From an uncultured candidate division WWE3 bacterium (GTDB taxonomy: Bacteria; Patescibacteriota; WWE3; UBA101185; UBA10185), in contig CAIRNR010000004.1 in assembly GCA_903879985.1 (NCBI GenBank), forward strand, positions 32,762 through 96,761: a DNA stretch of 64,000 nt, in the 5' to 3' direction. Positions 54,277 to 64,000 of this stretch are shown piece after piece (the first letter of the stretch is position 1; every line of letters starts with the position of its first letter). The translations under genes were made by a program, and so were the position numbers. Below the pieces are notes generated by a model. The model was given only the letters and a program-made list of their open reading frames with translations. It was not told the origin of the DNA and ran no database searches.

Positions 54277-55800
54277 TTAGTTTAAGTTGTACCAACCACC
54301 AGGAAACTTGTCGGCTGACACAGGAACACTTTCAACTCCTGATTTGCAGTGATTTTTTGGTTTGATGGCTATGTTCTGCCAGCTTTGTACATTTGGTATA
54401 AACTGATGGCCATCGTTTGTTGAGTCAGCTATTCTCCATGGATAGTTTCCTGTACCATCGTCAATTTTTATTGAGACTTTGTCGGCACCATATTGTGTCC
54501 AAGTTAAATTTACGCCTTTTACTCCGTTTATTGTTGTAGCTTCAGCTTTTATCCAAGTTGTTTTAACGGGTTTGCTCCATAAACATCGTAGATCTTTGTT
54601 AAATGTTTTAATCGTTGTTTCACTCGATATTGAGCCTCCAATGGAGTCATCGTAAATCGCTACTCTATTATTACCTGAATCTAAAACGTAAAAATTTACG
54701 CCGTCGTTACCTAATGCAGATGGCTGATTGAATCCAGCAGAATTTACTGATTCACTATTATTGTTTGTGTTGTTAGATACAAAATCCGGTTGGCCTAAAA
54801 CTCCAGTAGCATTTTGGCCATTTTGTGTGGGCAAAGTATCCCAAATTAATACTCTATTGTTACCTGGATCGCCAACATACAAAACATCATTTTGAATTAC
54901 TATTCCCATAGGGTATGCAAGTGTATTAGCTGCGGGAAGATCATGTCCCCTGTTAACCTCGTAACCTGTAAAGTCTTCCTGTCCTAGCACTAGATCTGCT
55001 TCTTTATCATTCGAGTCCGGAATTGAGTTCCAGATTAGTACTCTTTGCATGCCTCCATCGGAAATATATAATTTGCTTTTATATACATAAATACCATTCG
55101 GTCTGTTAATAGACGTACTGGAGCCATAAGTATCTGCAGCTGACGTAAGTGTCGCAGCACCTAAAACTAGATCTGCGTCTTGACCATTTTGGTTAGGAAG
55201 TGTTGTCCAAATTAAAACGCGTCCGTTGTTTACATCGGAAACGTATAAACGTGTACCGTCGTAAAATACTGTCATTGGTGTACCCATGCTGTTGGCCGCG
55301 GGATCTTCCCCTCTGTTGTAGCCTACACTTAGCATGTTATCCTGTCCCAAAACTAAATCTGCTGTGCCTGCAACGGTATCTTCAGTGGGAATCTCATTCC
55401 ACATCAAAACTCGATTATTAAAGGTATCGGTTACAAACAATTTTGTATTGTCAGTAAAAACTCCCATTGGTCCGTTAAGTCCAGTAATTACAACATCATA
55501 AGGTTCTTCGTTTGTGGTTGGAATGTGATCCCAAATTATTACCCTGTTATTTATGGCGTCAGCTACAGCAACATATTTATCGGTAACACACAAATCGCCC
55601 GCCGGACCTTCCCCCATGACATTTAAATTTCCGCTTTCTAGTGTTCTATCAATTAGTGAACTGGAGTTAAGTGCGGCTGCCGAAACATTCGGTGCAAAAC
55701 AAATAGCTGTTAAGATTATTGAGAAAATTGTGAATGAATGGGCAAATCTCTTATACATTGAATTAATTATAGAAGTTAGGTCTTTAGTGTAAATAGACAT
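54277..55800 (-). CDS. Secreted NHL-like beta-propeller with shared two-Cys C-terminal domain
   Basis: Signal peptide, D..NNRVLIW...P..N...ADLVLGQ repeats, TFNKDLRCL...KNHCKSG; start may be 55758. Confidence 0.85.
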   Translation of the reverse strand: MSIYTKDLTSIINSMYKRFAHSFTIFSIILTAICFAPNVSAAALNSSSLIDRTLESGNLNVMGEGPAGDLCVTDKYVAVADAINNRVIIWDHIPTTNEEPYDVVITGLNGPMGVFTDNTKLFVTDTFNNRVLMWNEIPTEDTVAGTADLVLGQDNMLSVGYNRGEDPAANSMGTPMTVFYDGTRLYVSDVNNGRVLIWTTLPNQNGQDADLVLGAATLTSAADTYGSSTSINRPNGIYVYKSKLYISDGGMQRVLIWNSIPDSNDKEADLVLGQEDFTGYEVNRGHDLPAANTLAYPMGIVIQNDVLYVGDPGNNRVLIWDTLPTQNGQNATGVLGQPDFVSNNTNNNSESVNSAGFNQPSALGNDGVNFYVLDSGNNRVAIYDDSIGGSISSETTIKTFNKDLRCLWSKPVKTTWIKAEATTINGVKGVNLTWTQYGADKVSIKIDDGTGNYPWRIADSTNDGHQFIPNVQSWQNIAIKPKNHCKSGVESVPVSADKFPGGWYNLN

Positions 55801-55821
55801 TTAAATTAACCGCCAGTGTAC

Positions 55822-56019
55822 TTATTTTTCTTGGCTGTAAGTCATTCCCCAAGGTGTATCACAATAGTTTGGACAACCTTTGCAATTTAACAATCTAACG
55901 GAATAATGTGCTTTTACGCATGAATCGTAGTCATGTATATTGCGTGTGACCAAAAAGTATAGCGAAATTACCAATGTAACAATTACTAAGCTAATAATTG
56001 CCAATATTTTACTTCGCAT
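55822..56019 (-). CDS. Small membrane-anchored Cys-rich protein
   Basis: TM then YDSCVKA...C..CP..C.TP.G. Confidence 0.75.
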   Translation of the reverse strand: MRSKILAIISLVIVTLVISLYFLVTRNIHDYDSCVKAHYSVRLLNCKGCPNYCDTPWGMTYSQEK

Positions 56020-56084
56020 AATATGAGTATATATCAGATTGAGTTAATAATATAGACGCATACAATTACTTGTATAATAAGAGA

Positions 56085-57419
56085 GTGATACCTAACATTT
56101 TTTTCTTTGAGACAAAACCCTTTATGGCAGTTGAGATGCTGGACGTCCTAAAAGACAATTTTTACTTGCTTTCCTATTTTGCTAATGATAGTTATGAAAA
56201 ACTTAAAGATTCCGGCTATCTGGTTAAAACATATGGTAATACCTCAGTCGAGATAGACTACGATAACGCTTTACTTAATACTCTTAAAGATACTAACTTT
56301 ATTAATAGCTATATAACTACCAAAGATTACGTTTTGTTCTTTGGTATGAATGAAAAAATGGATGCGACCCTTAAGAAATTACGTATAAAAATGGCACTGC
56401 CAGAGCTCTCGGTCCAAGAAAAATTAGGAAATAAGTTGGTTCTGAATGATATGTGTAAATCATTAGGCATAGAGGTTAATAAGTCCCTAGAATTTACCAA
56501 AACACCAATTGATACAGAAAAACTTTATTCCGCTTGTACAAATGAGTTAGGCTTACCTTTTATTATTCAAGGTGGTCATGGTGCGTCTGGTGCTGATACA
56601 TCTTTAATAAATAATCTGGAAAGTTTTACTGTAAAAATATCTAAATTAGGTAACACTTTTAAGGCGAGCAGGTACATTAGTAAACATATTCCACTATCCA
56701 CGCATATATGCATAACTAAAGACAAAATATATTCTGAGGGACCATTTGTACAGCTCCTAGGTTTTAAAGAACTTGCCATAAATCCATTTCAGTTTTCAGG
56801 TAATGATACAAACCAAAGTTGCATACACAAGGATATAAAGAAAAAGGTTTTGCAATATAACAAAAAAATAGCGGATTATGCGAAGAAGTTGGGATTTAAA
56901 GGAATTATGGGTATTGATTACCTTTGGGATACGCAAGAAAACAAAGTTTTCGTTCAAGAAATAAATAGTAGATTAGTTGGATTAACTAGGTTATTAACAG
57001 GCATTCAAAAGGAACAAGGTATAACCCCGCATTTATTGTTACACCTAAATGAGTTTGTGCCTCTTGATGAATATATTAAGGAATCAGTTAGTAAGTCTCT
57101 GGACAACAGAAATTATTCTCAAGTTTATATTTCATATAACGTTACTGAGGTGAAAAATGTAAAAAATAGCATTACGCCGGGAATCTACGGGTTGGTTAGC
57201 GGTAAACTGAAAATTTTAAGCAGCTCGCTTTTTGTAAAAGACATGACGGTAGACGATATTCTAATAACTATGACTGTGCCAAAAGGAATGGAAACCTATG
57301 AAGATCAGGTATTGCTGAAGATAATTCTTAAAAAAAGTGTATTAGAAAATAATAAATATGAACTTTCGAAAGAATTTAAGGATTTGGTAGGTTTATTACG
57401 TAGTGAACTGTTAGACTAA
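56085..57419 (+). CDS. ATP-grasp domain protein
   Basis: NK, PFIIQ...GASG..T, GIMGIDY, EINSR; GTG after TATAAT. Confidence 0.8.
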   Translation: MIPNIFFFETKPFMAVEMLDVLKDNFYLLSYFANDSYEKLKDSGYLVKTYGNTSVEIDYDNALLNTLKDTNFINSYITTKDYVLFFGMNEKMDATLKKLRIKMALPELSVQEKLGNKLVLNDMCKSLGIEVNKSLEFTKTPIDTEKLYSACTNELGLPFIIQGGHGASGADTSLINNLESFTVKISKLGNTFKASRYISKHIPLSTHICITKDKIYSEGPFVQLLGFKELAINPFQFSGNDTNQSCIHKDIKKKVLQYNKKIADYAKKLGFKGIMGIDYLWDTQENKVFVQEINSRLVGLTRLLTGIQKEQGITPHLLLHLNEFVPLDEYIKESVSKSLDNRNYSQVYISYNVTEVKNVKNSITPGIYGLVSGKLKILSSSLFVKDMTVDDILITMTVPKGMETYEDQVLLKIILKKSVLENNKYELSKEFKDLVGLLRSELLD

Positions 57420-57429
57420 TATTTCACTA

Positions 57430-58134
57430 TCATTTAACCTCTATCCAATACGAACCCCTTAAGTAGTAAAAAGGAAAGATAGCTAAAATACTGTAAACAT
57501 TTCTTAAGAAGTTATTAAGTAAATTACTTTTAAAAAATGTACAACGTTCTAAATACTCAAATTTTGTTGGAAACGAAAAACTAAACTTAGTAAAACCAAA
57601 AGTTTTTAAAAAACTAACCCACTCCCCTTTTGTTTTTAAGTTTACATGTCCCATTGAAGTTAGTTGACGTTCTTTAGAGTCAAATAAACAAAATTGTGGG
57701 GAATCTATGTTAGGAACTACTATAAAGATGCTTCCTCCTGGGTTTAGTTTTGACTTAACGTCAGTTAAAAGTTTAGTTAGATTTTCATCATAAATATGTT
57801 CGATAATGCTGGCCAATATTATAAAATCATATTTTTTGTCGGGTGCTTTATAATCGTATTTTAAGTAAAAGTTGTCGTAATACTTTTCGCCTTTTTTCTT
57901 AGCTTCTTCAGATATATCCACGCCGTCTATTGCGATATCCAGTTTAAAAACATCTCTCAAATAGTATGCTGTTTTTCCCATTCCACAACCAAAATCTAAT
58001 ACAGTTTTATATTTGTTTTTAACAATAATGTCGCGTATTACCTCAACAAATGGTTCGTAGACAATTTCGTCGTAGGTTTTCCAGTCTCTGTTTGATAGTT
58101 GCTGGTTAATTGATATATCTGATTCAGGCATCAT
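57430..58134 (-). CDS. Class I SAM-dependent methyltransferase
   Basis: VLDFGCGMG, GVDIS, IIEHI, LNPGG. Confidence 0.9.
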   Translation of the reverse strand: MMPESDISINQQLSNRDWKTYDEIVYEPFVEVIRDIIVKNKYKTVLDFGCGMGKTAYYLRDVFKLDIAIDGVDISEEAKKKGEKYYDNFYLKYDYKAPDKKYDFIILASIIEHIYDENLTKLLTDVKSKLNPGGSIFIVVPNIDSPQFCLFDSKERQLTSMGHVNLKTKGEWVSFLKTFGFTKFSFSFPTKFEYLERCTFFKSNLLNNFLRNVYSILAIFPFYYLRGSYWIEVK

Positions 58135-58226
58135 TGATGTAATTTTAGCAGATAAGTTTTGGGATTTATAATTGACTTATAGTGTGTTCGATAGAACGTC
58201 TAGAAATTTAGTGCTACTATTTACGT

Positions 58227-59285
58227 ATGAAAGTTTTGATAAAACTTGTTTTAGCTTTTGCAGTTTTGGTTATAGGAGTATTATTTCTGACCGGTGTTCT
58301 TAACTTAAGTTTGTTAATGAAAAGTGTTAAATATTCTGCAAGTCCCCAAGGTAATACCTATTTCACAACTGGCAGCGATTACGAGGGGAATTACGTTTTT
58401 GGTGGAGCGATGCAGTTGGCCATTAACGAGCTTAATGCCAATATTCTTCATAGCAAGTTACAACTAAATTTATCTGCAAATGATGTAGAAACCCGACGAA
58501 TACTTAATATCTTTAACAAAGCAGAATTTACCACAAATGATTTAGACCTACAAAGTTACTACGTTAAAAGTGGTTATGGTGAGCAAACGATAACAGCCAT
58601 AAATACAGAGTCAAAGGCAAAATTTCCAAACAAGTCATTTAAGGATCTTATGCTTTCGCTTTCACCAAGAGATATTATTTCTTATGCCTATTTTTTAAAA
58701 CAGGTTGCATACACAATCCCATTTACGTCCAACTATACAACGTTTCTTAATGAAAGTGTAAAGGGTTATAAAGCTACTTCTGTTGATCAAAAAAAGAATG
58801 TACAAATAGTAGACTATAAAAGCGGCGATAACTTTATAGTTAAATTGGAATTAAAAGACAATAGCGATGAGCTTTATTTGGCTAAAGGGTATGACATGAC
58901 AAACCCTTTAGATGCGATAAAAACTATAAACAGCAATATTTTGAGAACTACTATGGCGGAGGATGATATCTTTTACGCTCCGGAAATTCATTTAGATATG
59001 AATAGAAACTATTTTGGTTTTACGGGAAAAAGCTTATTAAACAATGGTTTTAATGATTACGTAATCAGTTATATGTACGAGGATATTAAGTTCGATATGG
59101 ATAATGTTGGAGCACGCGTTGAAAACCAGGCGGTTTTTGGTGGCGCTATTACGGGTTTACCTGAAAAACATACGTTCAAAAGTTTGGAGCTTGATAAACC
59201 TTTTTGGGTAATTATGAAAAGAGCAAACAGTTATAATCCTTACTTTGTGCTTGGCGTGAAGAACTCCCAAATAATGTTTAAGTAG
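58227..59285 (+). CDS. Membrane-anchored protein with serpin-like C terminus (tentative)
   Basis: IKFDMDNVGARVE...LDKPFWVIMK...PYFV. Confidence 0.55.
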   Translation: MKVLIKLVLAFAVLVIGVLFLTGVLNLSLLMKSVKYSASPQGNTYFTTGSDYEGNYVFGGAMQLAINELNANILHSKLQLNLSANDVETRRILNIFNKAEFTTNDLDLQSYYVKSGYGEQTITAINTESKAKFPNKSFKDLMLSLSPRDIISYAYFLKQVAYTIPFTSNYTTFLNESVKGYKATSVDQKKNVQIVDYKSGDNFIVKLELKDNSDELYLAKGYDMTNPLDAIKTINSNILRTTMAEDDIFYAPEIHLDMNRNYFGFTGKSLLNNGFNDYVISYMYEDIKFDMDNVGARVENQAVFGGAITGLPEKHTFKSLELDKPFWVIMKRANSYNPYFVLGVKNSQIMFK

Positions 59286-59297
59286 TAAAATTAAGCT

Positions 59298-60287
59298 ATG
59301 TTAGCTGCAATACCTGCCGAATCTAAAAATGAAACAGCGCAGATCGAATATGAACCTTCTGTAGTTAAACTTATAGAAAACTTTACCCAAGAAATAGAAA
59401 CGCCAGCTTCAAATTATTTTGGTATTAAACCAGAAGCTGTTGTTGTTATTCAAGAGCAATTATCCGACATTGGTATCATGCCACCTAAAACCGATCTTAA
59501 GAAAATGAGAACTTATTGTGCCGATCTTAAACCGGAATTGCAAAAATTTGTTTATGCAGGAACCGAAGCTGACGCAGAAATAAGCTTATTTACAGGAACT
59601 GTAGAGGTAGATATATCTAAAACACCAAAAGCACCACCAGAAGAAGTACACGATCGTGATGGAAAATTAATTGCTCGCTTACATCCGGGAAGAGGCGCCC
59701 GCGACGAAAGATTAGTTTTAGGTCTAAATAGATTCGATGTTATACTTCCGAATACAGAAATTAGGAGTAGCTCCGTATTCCCACACGAAGGAGTTTTCAA
59801 TGGTGATTTAACTATAGTATCTTTAGATCCACAAATGGAAGTTCCACATGGCCTTTTATCAATTAATGCTGAGATGCCTTCCCACCACCGAAATCATATT
59901 TGTATAACAGCATTAGAACATGCAAAAACTAGAAAAGTAATTCCCACAGCAGCTGAAGTTTATGGTAGCTCTGCCCTAGGAGCGCAGGCATATTACACAC
60001 TAGAAGGTAAACCTCATTCTATTGCGTCATACTTTAAAGTTAATGGTGCACGCGCATTTGGTGTTTATTATCAAGGATCATCTGAGGAAGCAGCTTATAA
60101 ATGGATTGGAAAAGGTAGAGATGAAGTTTTTGTTGGTGAAAAGCCGGAAGTAACTGTTGAAGCTGGTGTTGTTTCAGTAAAAAGAGGCGGTTGTGAGTAT
60201 AAGTTTGATGCTGAAATTGATGTGGATGGTATGCTCAAAAATATTTCAAATAATTTGTTAAAGAAGTTGAATGTTTTGGATTTGTGA
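59298..60287 (+). CDS. Hypothetical protein
   Basis: 329-aa ORF, leaderless after TAAAAT. Confidence 0.7.
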   Translation: MLAAIPAESKNETAQIEYEPSVVKLIENFTQEIETPASNYFGIKPEAVVVIQEQLSDIGIMPPKTDLKKMRTYCADLKPELQKFVYAGTEADAEISLFTGTVEVDISKTPKAPPEEVHDRDGKLIARLHPGRGARDERLVLGLNRFDVILPNTEIRSSSVFPHEGVFNGDLTIVSLDPQMEVPHGLLSINAEMPSHHRNHICITALEHAKTRKVIPTAAEVYGSSALGAQAYYTLEGKPHSIASYFKVNGARAFGVYYQGSSEEAAYKWIGKGRDEVFVGEKPEVTVEAGVVSVKRGGCEYKFDAEIDVDGMLKNISNNLLKKLNVLDL

Positions 60288-60300
60288 AAGTTGGTTGAAA

Positions 60301-60855
60301 CTAAATCTTCTCTAAAACTCGTTTCTTAATATCTTCCACGGATAACTCTTCCCGAGCACTAAACCTAACTAAAGGCATATTTGATTCCTCCAGTATTTGT
60401 TCTACGTTCCTATCTCTTGATATGCGGTCCTTACGATTATGTGAGGAATCATCGAGTTCAATTGCCACAAGCGGTTTAAGATGTTTTTTATCGCAAACCA
60501 AATAATCCACTGACTTCTGATTCACGTGTGAAAAAGCACCTTCCCACCATTGTTCTCCAACTTCATGGTCAAGAAACGCCGATAAATGAATTTGAGGGAA
60601 AATATTGTATTCATTTCCTACAGCATCCTTTAATAATTCAAAAAATTTAGTCTCGGTGCTTGTCATTAGATATCCTCTTTTTTTGTATTGATATTTTGAT
60701 TTGGCGAAGCCGTGATATTTTTTAAAGTGTAATGCTATGTCTAAAACGTAAAGTCCAATTACGAAGAGCCCTAGGTACCAGTAGTGGACGATAGCATACG
60801 TAAATGAATTAACTAAACCGATTAGCATTGTGTTGTTAACGTTGTATGGTGTCAT
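60301..60855 (-). CDS. DUF2726 domain membrane protein
   Basis: LM..TE..F, KSVDYLVCD, AIELDD.SH...R..RD. Confidence 0.9.
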   Translation of the reverse strand: MTPYNVNNTMLIGLVNSFTYAIVHYWYLGLFVIGLYVLDIALHFKKYHGFAKSKYQYKKRGYLMTSTETKFFELLKDAVGNEYNIFPQIHLSAFLDHEVGEQWWEGAFSHVNQKSVDYLVCDKKHLKPLVAIELDDSSHNRKDRISRDRNVEQILEESNMPLVRFSAREELSVEDIKKRVLEKI

Positions 60856-60900
60856 ATCTATATATTAGATTACGCTATTGTATGAGTATGTGGAATAGTG

Positions 60901-61422
60901 CTAATTTAAAACTTTCACTTCAATGACTTTAGGAATATTTGGTTTACCATTTTGATCAAATGTTACTGTGATTGGGTCATTTTCCAATTGTCTACGGGTA
61001 CTATCTGAAAATCCGGCTACGTTTACTTGAGCTACTCCTTTTCCTTTTAATTCTTCAAAGGTAAATCCTGTACGATAGTCACAAGCACCTCGGGCCATAC
61101 GCATATCAGAACCTACAGGGTTGTAGTGAAAACCTGCTGTGTAAGAACTATCTTTAACGACACCTTTCGCAAAGCTTAATTTAATTATTATGTCAGATTT
61201 ATCTATCCACCCGCATAACCTATCTTCTTCAACAGGTGTTGGGGTTACGATTGTGTTAGTACTCTGTGTTGTTTGCTTTGCTGGTGTGGTGCTTACTGAA
61301 TTTTTAGTTTGAACCTTGTTTACCGGCTTTATATTATGTTTATTAGCATTGTTTAGCGTATATCCTAATAAAATTAGTAACCCTGTGATTATTATAGCTG
61401 CAATTATTTTTTTGTTTTTCAT
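60901..61422 (-). CDS. Membrane-anchored hypothetical protein
   Basis: N-terminal TM, Thr-rich linker, Cys pair. Confidence 0.7.
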   Translation of the reverse strand: MKNKKIIAAIIITGLLILLGYTLNNANKHNIKPVNKVQTKNSVSTTPAKQTTQSTNTIVTPTPVEEDRLCGWIDKSDIIIKLSFAKGVVKDSSYTAGFHYNPVGSDMRMARGACDYRTGFTFEELKGKGVAQVNVAGFSDSTRRQLENDPITVTFDQNGKPNIPKVIEVKVLN

Positions 61423-61428
61423 ATTAAT

Positions 61429-62805
61429 TTATAAGTGATAAATTTGTGACCACGGGCCTATTTTACACCCATTAATTGTGCGCATCTTCCAGAAGCCCCC
61501 AAACCATCCCATAACTGTACCAACACCAGTTTGGATATGCCCTGTGTTTGGTACTTTTACTGTAAACGGAAGCTCTGTGTTACCCCAACCAAATTTTATT
61601 TCTACTGTATCTCCTGAATATGCGATCCAAGATAAAATATTAGTAAGTGGGTTGAACGTGGATCTTGCTACTGCTGGAGGTGTTATTCCTAAGCATCTGG
61701 TGTCTTTTTTGAAGGTGTTACTTTTTACATGCCTTTCCGATTGAGACGATTCCGAGGATTCAACCGCTTCCAAGCTTCCCCTAATAAGTTGTTCCTGATA
61801 ATGCGGATCTTCATACGAACTTAAGCTTCCGAGGATATAGATACTATCACCAAAGCTCACGGAAGCTGCCCAAAATACGCCAGCAGGAAGTGTTGCAGAA
61901 TCTAAAGTCCATGTAACATCATTACCGTTAACTGTACCCACATATGCGGTGTCTAAACCAGCCATACCTTGTCCAAGTCCGCCAATCATATAAATATCGT
62001 GGTTTAGTATAGTTGGAGACATGAGAATCCTATTGTCTGGAAATCTATCGCTACTTTGATGCCAGGAAATTTCCCCATTTTCAAGCGTTCCCGTATAAAC
62101 TAGTAATATTTGTTCTTCTTGATCGGGAGTAATAATAAATATTTTATTTCCGTCCGCTACGGATTCGAAAATCGGAAACATGGACATTACCACGGTAAAA
62201 GGTAACGAAGTTGAATCGGTAGTCCAAGTAATATCTCCATCAGAAATGGTTCCAATAAAGCCATTCGCTTGTGCATGACCCTCAAGAGTATATCCACCAG
62301 CATAATAGACGTGGTCGTTATCAATTGCTACAGCTCCGCCGGCAAATGCTTCTGGCAGCGTGTGTGCACTTGTTGTCCAAGTAATATCACCGTCGTTAGT
62401 AAAAGTTCCTATGTATACAGCATCGGAAGTTGTATCAGCTAAAGATCCTCCAATTACGTAAATTGTATTTCCATCTACTAAGGTGCTACCCAACGCTATG
62501 CCACCAGGAAGGTGATGAGAACTTATTGTCCATGTAATGTCACCGTTATCGGCTACAGTGCCAATGTTAATAGTATCCAACATGTTGTTATCCCAATCCG
62601 AACCTCCGATAGCATATATTTTTCCGTTGTGCGTCGCGGTTATATAACCCATCACCGATCCAGGTAAACTGTTTGCGTTCTTCCAAACCATATGTTCGGT
62701 TGCGGCTTGTGATTTAAGTGGGGTAAATGTAATAAGAGCTGCGATTATAGCTACAAAAGAAAAGCTTTTAAGATAGGCAGAATACTTAATCATATGTGTA
62801 TACAT
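61429..62805 (-). CDS. Secreted Kelch-repeat propeller with shared two-Cys C-terminal domain
   Basis: Signal peptide, six IYxIGG...DGDITW repeats, TFKKDTRCL...TINGCKIG; start may be 62793. Confidence 0.85.
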   Translation of the reverse strand: MYTHMIKYSAYLKSFSFVAIIAALITFTPLKSQAATEHMVWKNANSLPGSVMGYITATHNGKIYAIGGSDWDNNMLDTINIGTVADNGDITWTISSHHLPGGIALGSTLVDGNTIYVIGGSLADTTSDAVYIGTFTNDGDITWTTSAHTLPEAFAGGAVAIDNDHVYYAGGYTLEGHAQANGFIGTISDGDITWTTDSTSLPFTVVMSMFPIFESVADGNKIFIITPDQEEQILLVYTGTLENGEISWHQSSDRFPDNRILMSPTILNHDIYMIGGLGQGMAGLDTAYVGTVNGNDVTWTLDSATLPAGVFWAASVSFGDSIYILGSLSSYEDPHYQEQLIRGSLEAVESSESSQSERHVKSNTFKKDTRCLGITPPAVARSTFNPLTNILSWIAYSGDTVEIKFGWGNTELPFTVKVPNTGHIQTGVGTVMGWFGGFWKMRTINGCKIGPWSQIYHL

Positions 62806-62863
62806 ATATGGTACAGCTAAGGAAAGTTATTGCGCAATAGTAAGACTGTCTAGTGTTTAGGAT

Positions 62864-63571
62864 TTATTTTACAGCGCTAACAACAATCACTTTATTATAT
62901 ATGGGTAATACTAATTCTAAAGGTTTACATACGCTACCAAAAGATTTTATATTTGTGGATTCAAATCCATTTACTTTGTACAAGCGTTTTATGCCAAAAT
63001 AAGAATTGTCGTTTTTATGTTCATATTTGTTTCCGTAAAGTTCCTTTTGCATAAACGAAGTTGAAAGAATGGAGTTTGTTCTATATTTACTACTTGTGAC
63101 CTGTGTAACAGGTTCTTGCCCCAAGACCAAAGACACAATATTATCAAGTGAAGCAATGTTTTCGGTAGCTAGCATAAACAATCCACCTTTTTTTAAAATC
63201 CTATGCACTTCTGCTATGAGAAAGTCCTTATCTAGTAAGTGTTCTATTACCTGATTGCATATAACAATATCAATCGAATTAGCACTAAATGGATATTTAT
63301 CTTTTTCTACATCCAGTTTTTTATAAAGCAATGTTTTATCAATGATTTTTTCGGTTGGTAAAATATCTAACCCGTAAATATCCAAAATTTTATGCTTAGG
63401 AAGTTTAGACAGCATTTTTATGGTTTTATCCCCTATACCACATCCAACATCTACTATAGTTACTTTTTTATTGGAGGTTAGAGTAAATTCTAAAGTTTTA
63501 GTAGAAATAAACTTTTCAGCATCGTCGAAGGCTTGTGCTACAATTTTTGAGAAGTATTTTTTAATAAACAT
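62864..63571 (-). CDS. Class I SAM-dependent methyltransferase (Methyltransf_11-like)
   Basis: VDVGCGIG, YPF...SID, QVIEHL, RILKKGG. Confidence 0.9.
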   Translation of the reverse strand: MFIKKYFSKIVAQAFDDAEKFISTKTLEFTLTSNKKVTIVDVGCGIGDKTIKMLSKLPKHKILDIYGLDILPTEKIIDKTLLYKKLDVEKDKYPFSANSIDIVICNQVIEHLLDKDFLIAEVHRILKKGGLFMLATENIASLDNIVSLVLGQEPVTQVTSSKYRTNSILSTSFMQKELYGNKYEHKNDNSYFGIKRLYKVNGFESTNIKSFGSVCKPLELVLPIYNKVIVVSAVK

Positions 63572-63587
63572 AATGAAAATTCTTTGT

Positions 63588-63998
63588 TCATTTCTTAAAT
63601 AATCCTAGTATTGTCCTAGTAAATACATCTATAGTAGCTTTTGGTGTAATTTCTAAACCATTTGTTTCTAAAATTGGTATCCATACTGGTTTAGCAAAAA
63701 AGTTTGGATCAGTTTTCATTTTTTCTTTTTCCGGGGATTCTCCTAATACCGGTTCTCCGCTAACGTATGTGCATTCAAATATATGTTGAACTCTTTCCGT
63801 GTTACCCGCAGTATATGTAACTGTTTCTATAAGTTTTGGTGAAGTTACTACTATACTTGTTTCTTCTAATACTTCTCTAATAACTGTTTCTTCCAGGGTT
63901 TCATTTTCTTCTCTTTTACCGCCGGGTAATACGTAGTGCTCGTGGTTACTTTCTTTTTCAAAAAGCAATAATACACTGTTATTTTTGCAGACTATGGC
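63588..63998 (-). CDS. NUDIX hydrolase (5' truncated by window end)
   Basis: PGGKRE.NET.EETV.REV.EET Nudix box; frame open to window edge. Confidence 0.9.
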   Translation of the reverse strand, partial: AIVCKNNSVLLLFEKESNHEHYVLPGGKREENETLEETVIREVLEETSIVVTSPKLIETVTYTAGNTERVQHIFECTYVSGEPVLGESPEKEKMKTDPNFFAKPVWIPILETNGLEITPKATIDVFTRTILGLFKK

Positions 63999-64000
63999 TC

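Noticed and set aside
45460-54606. Diversity-generating retroelement TR/VR pair in similar C-terminal domains
   Set aside because: Both copies are coding ends, differences are not adenine-specific, no reverse transcriptase in window

Overview
AT-rich bacterial chromosome segment. Dense or overlapping genes, many leaderless starts, almost no biosynthetic genes and many Thr/Pro-rich secreted proteins suggest a Patescibacteria (CPR) genome, possibly Microgenomates/WWE3-like (inference). Recognisable content: a flavinylation/extracytosolic electron-transfer locus (FMN-binding protein, ApbE, RnfD/NqrB-like-FNR fusion, DsbB, DedA), RecD/Dda-like helicase, Dus, an ECF transporter, MscL, VIT1, a MarR-DHA2 efflux operon, TspO, pyrH, aldehyde dehydrogenase, ABC-F, ATP-grasp, methyltransferases and NUDIX. 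No rRNA, tRNA, CRISPR, integrase or transposase was seen. Most notable: (1) a 10-kb locus (19503-29819) with tatC, an unannotated tatA, a 4-TM protein with an internal twin-arginine signal, three signal-less phage-fibre-like proteins and a 1316-aa repeat-stalk/SH3 surface protein, a candidate Tat-dependent surface-fibre system; (2) one conserved two-Cys C-terminal domain (TFKKDTRCL...NxCKxG) on four unrelated secreted proteins, a candidate sorting or anchoring domain; (3) an NCTATAGG-like element 0-1 bp upstream of the -35 position in eight promoters; (4) a class of ORFan genes with strong SD sites and long terminator hairpins, unlike the leaderless core genes. All family calls come from motif recognition, not database searches.
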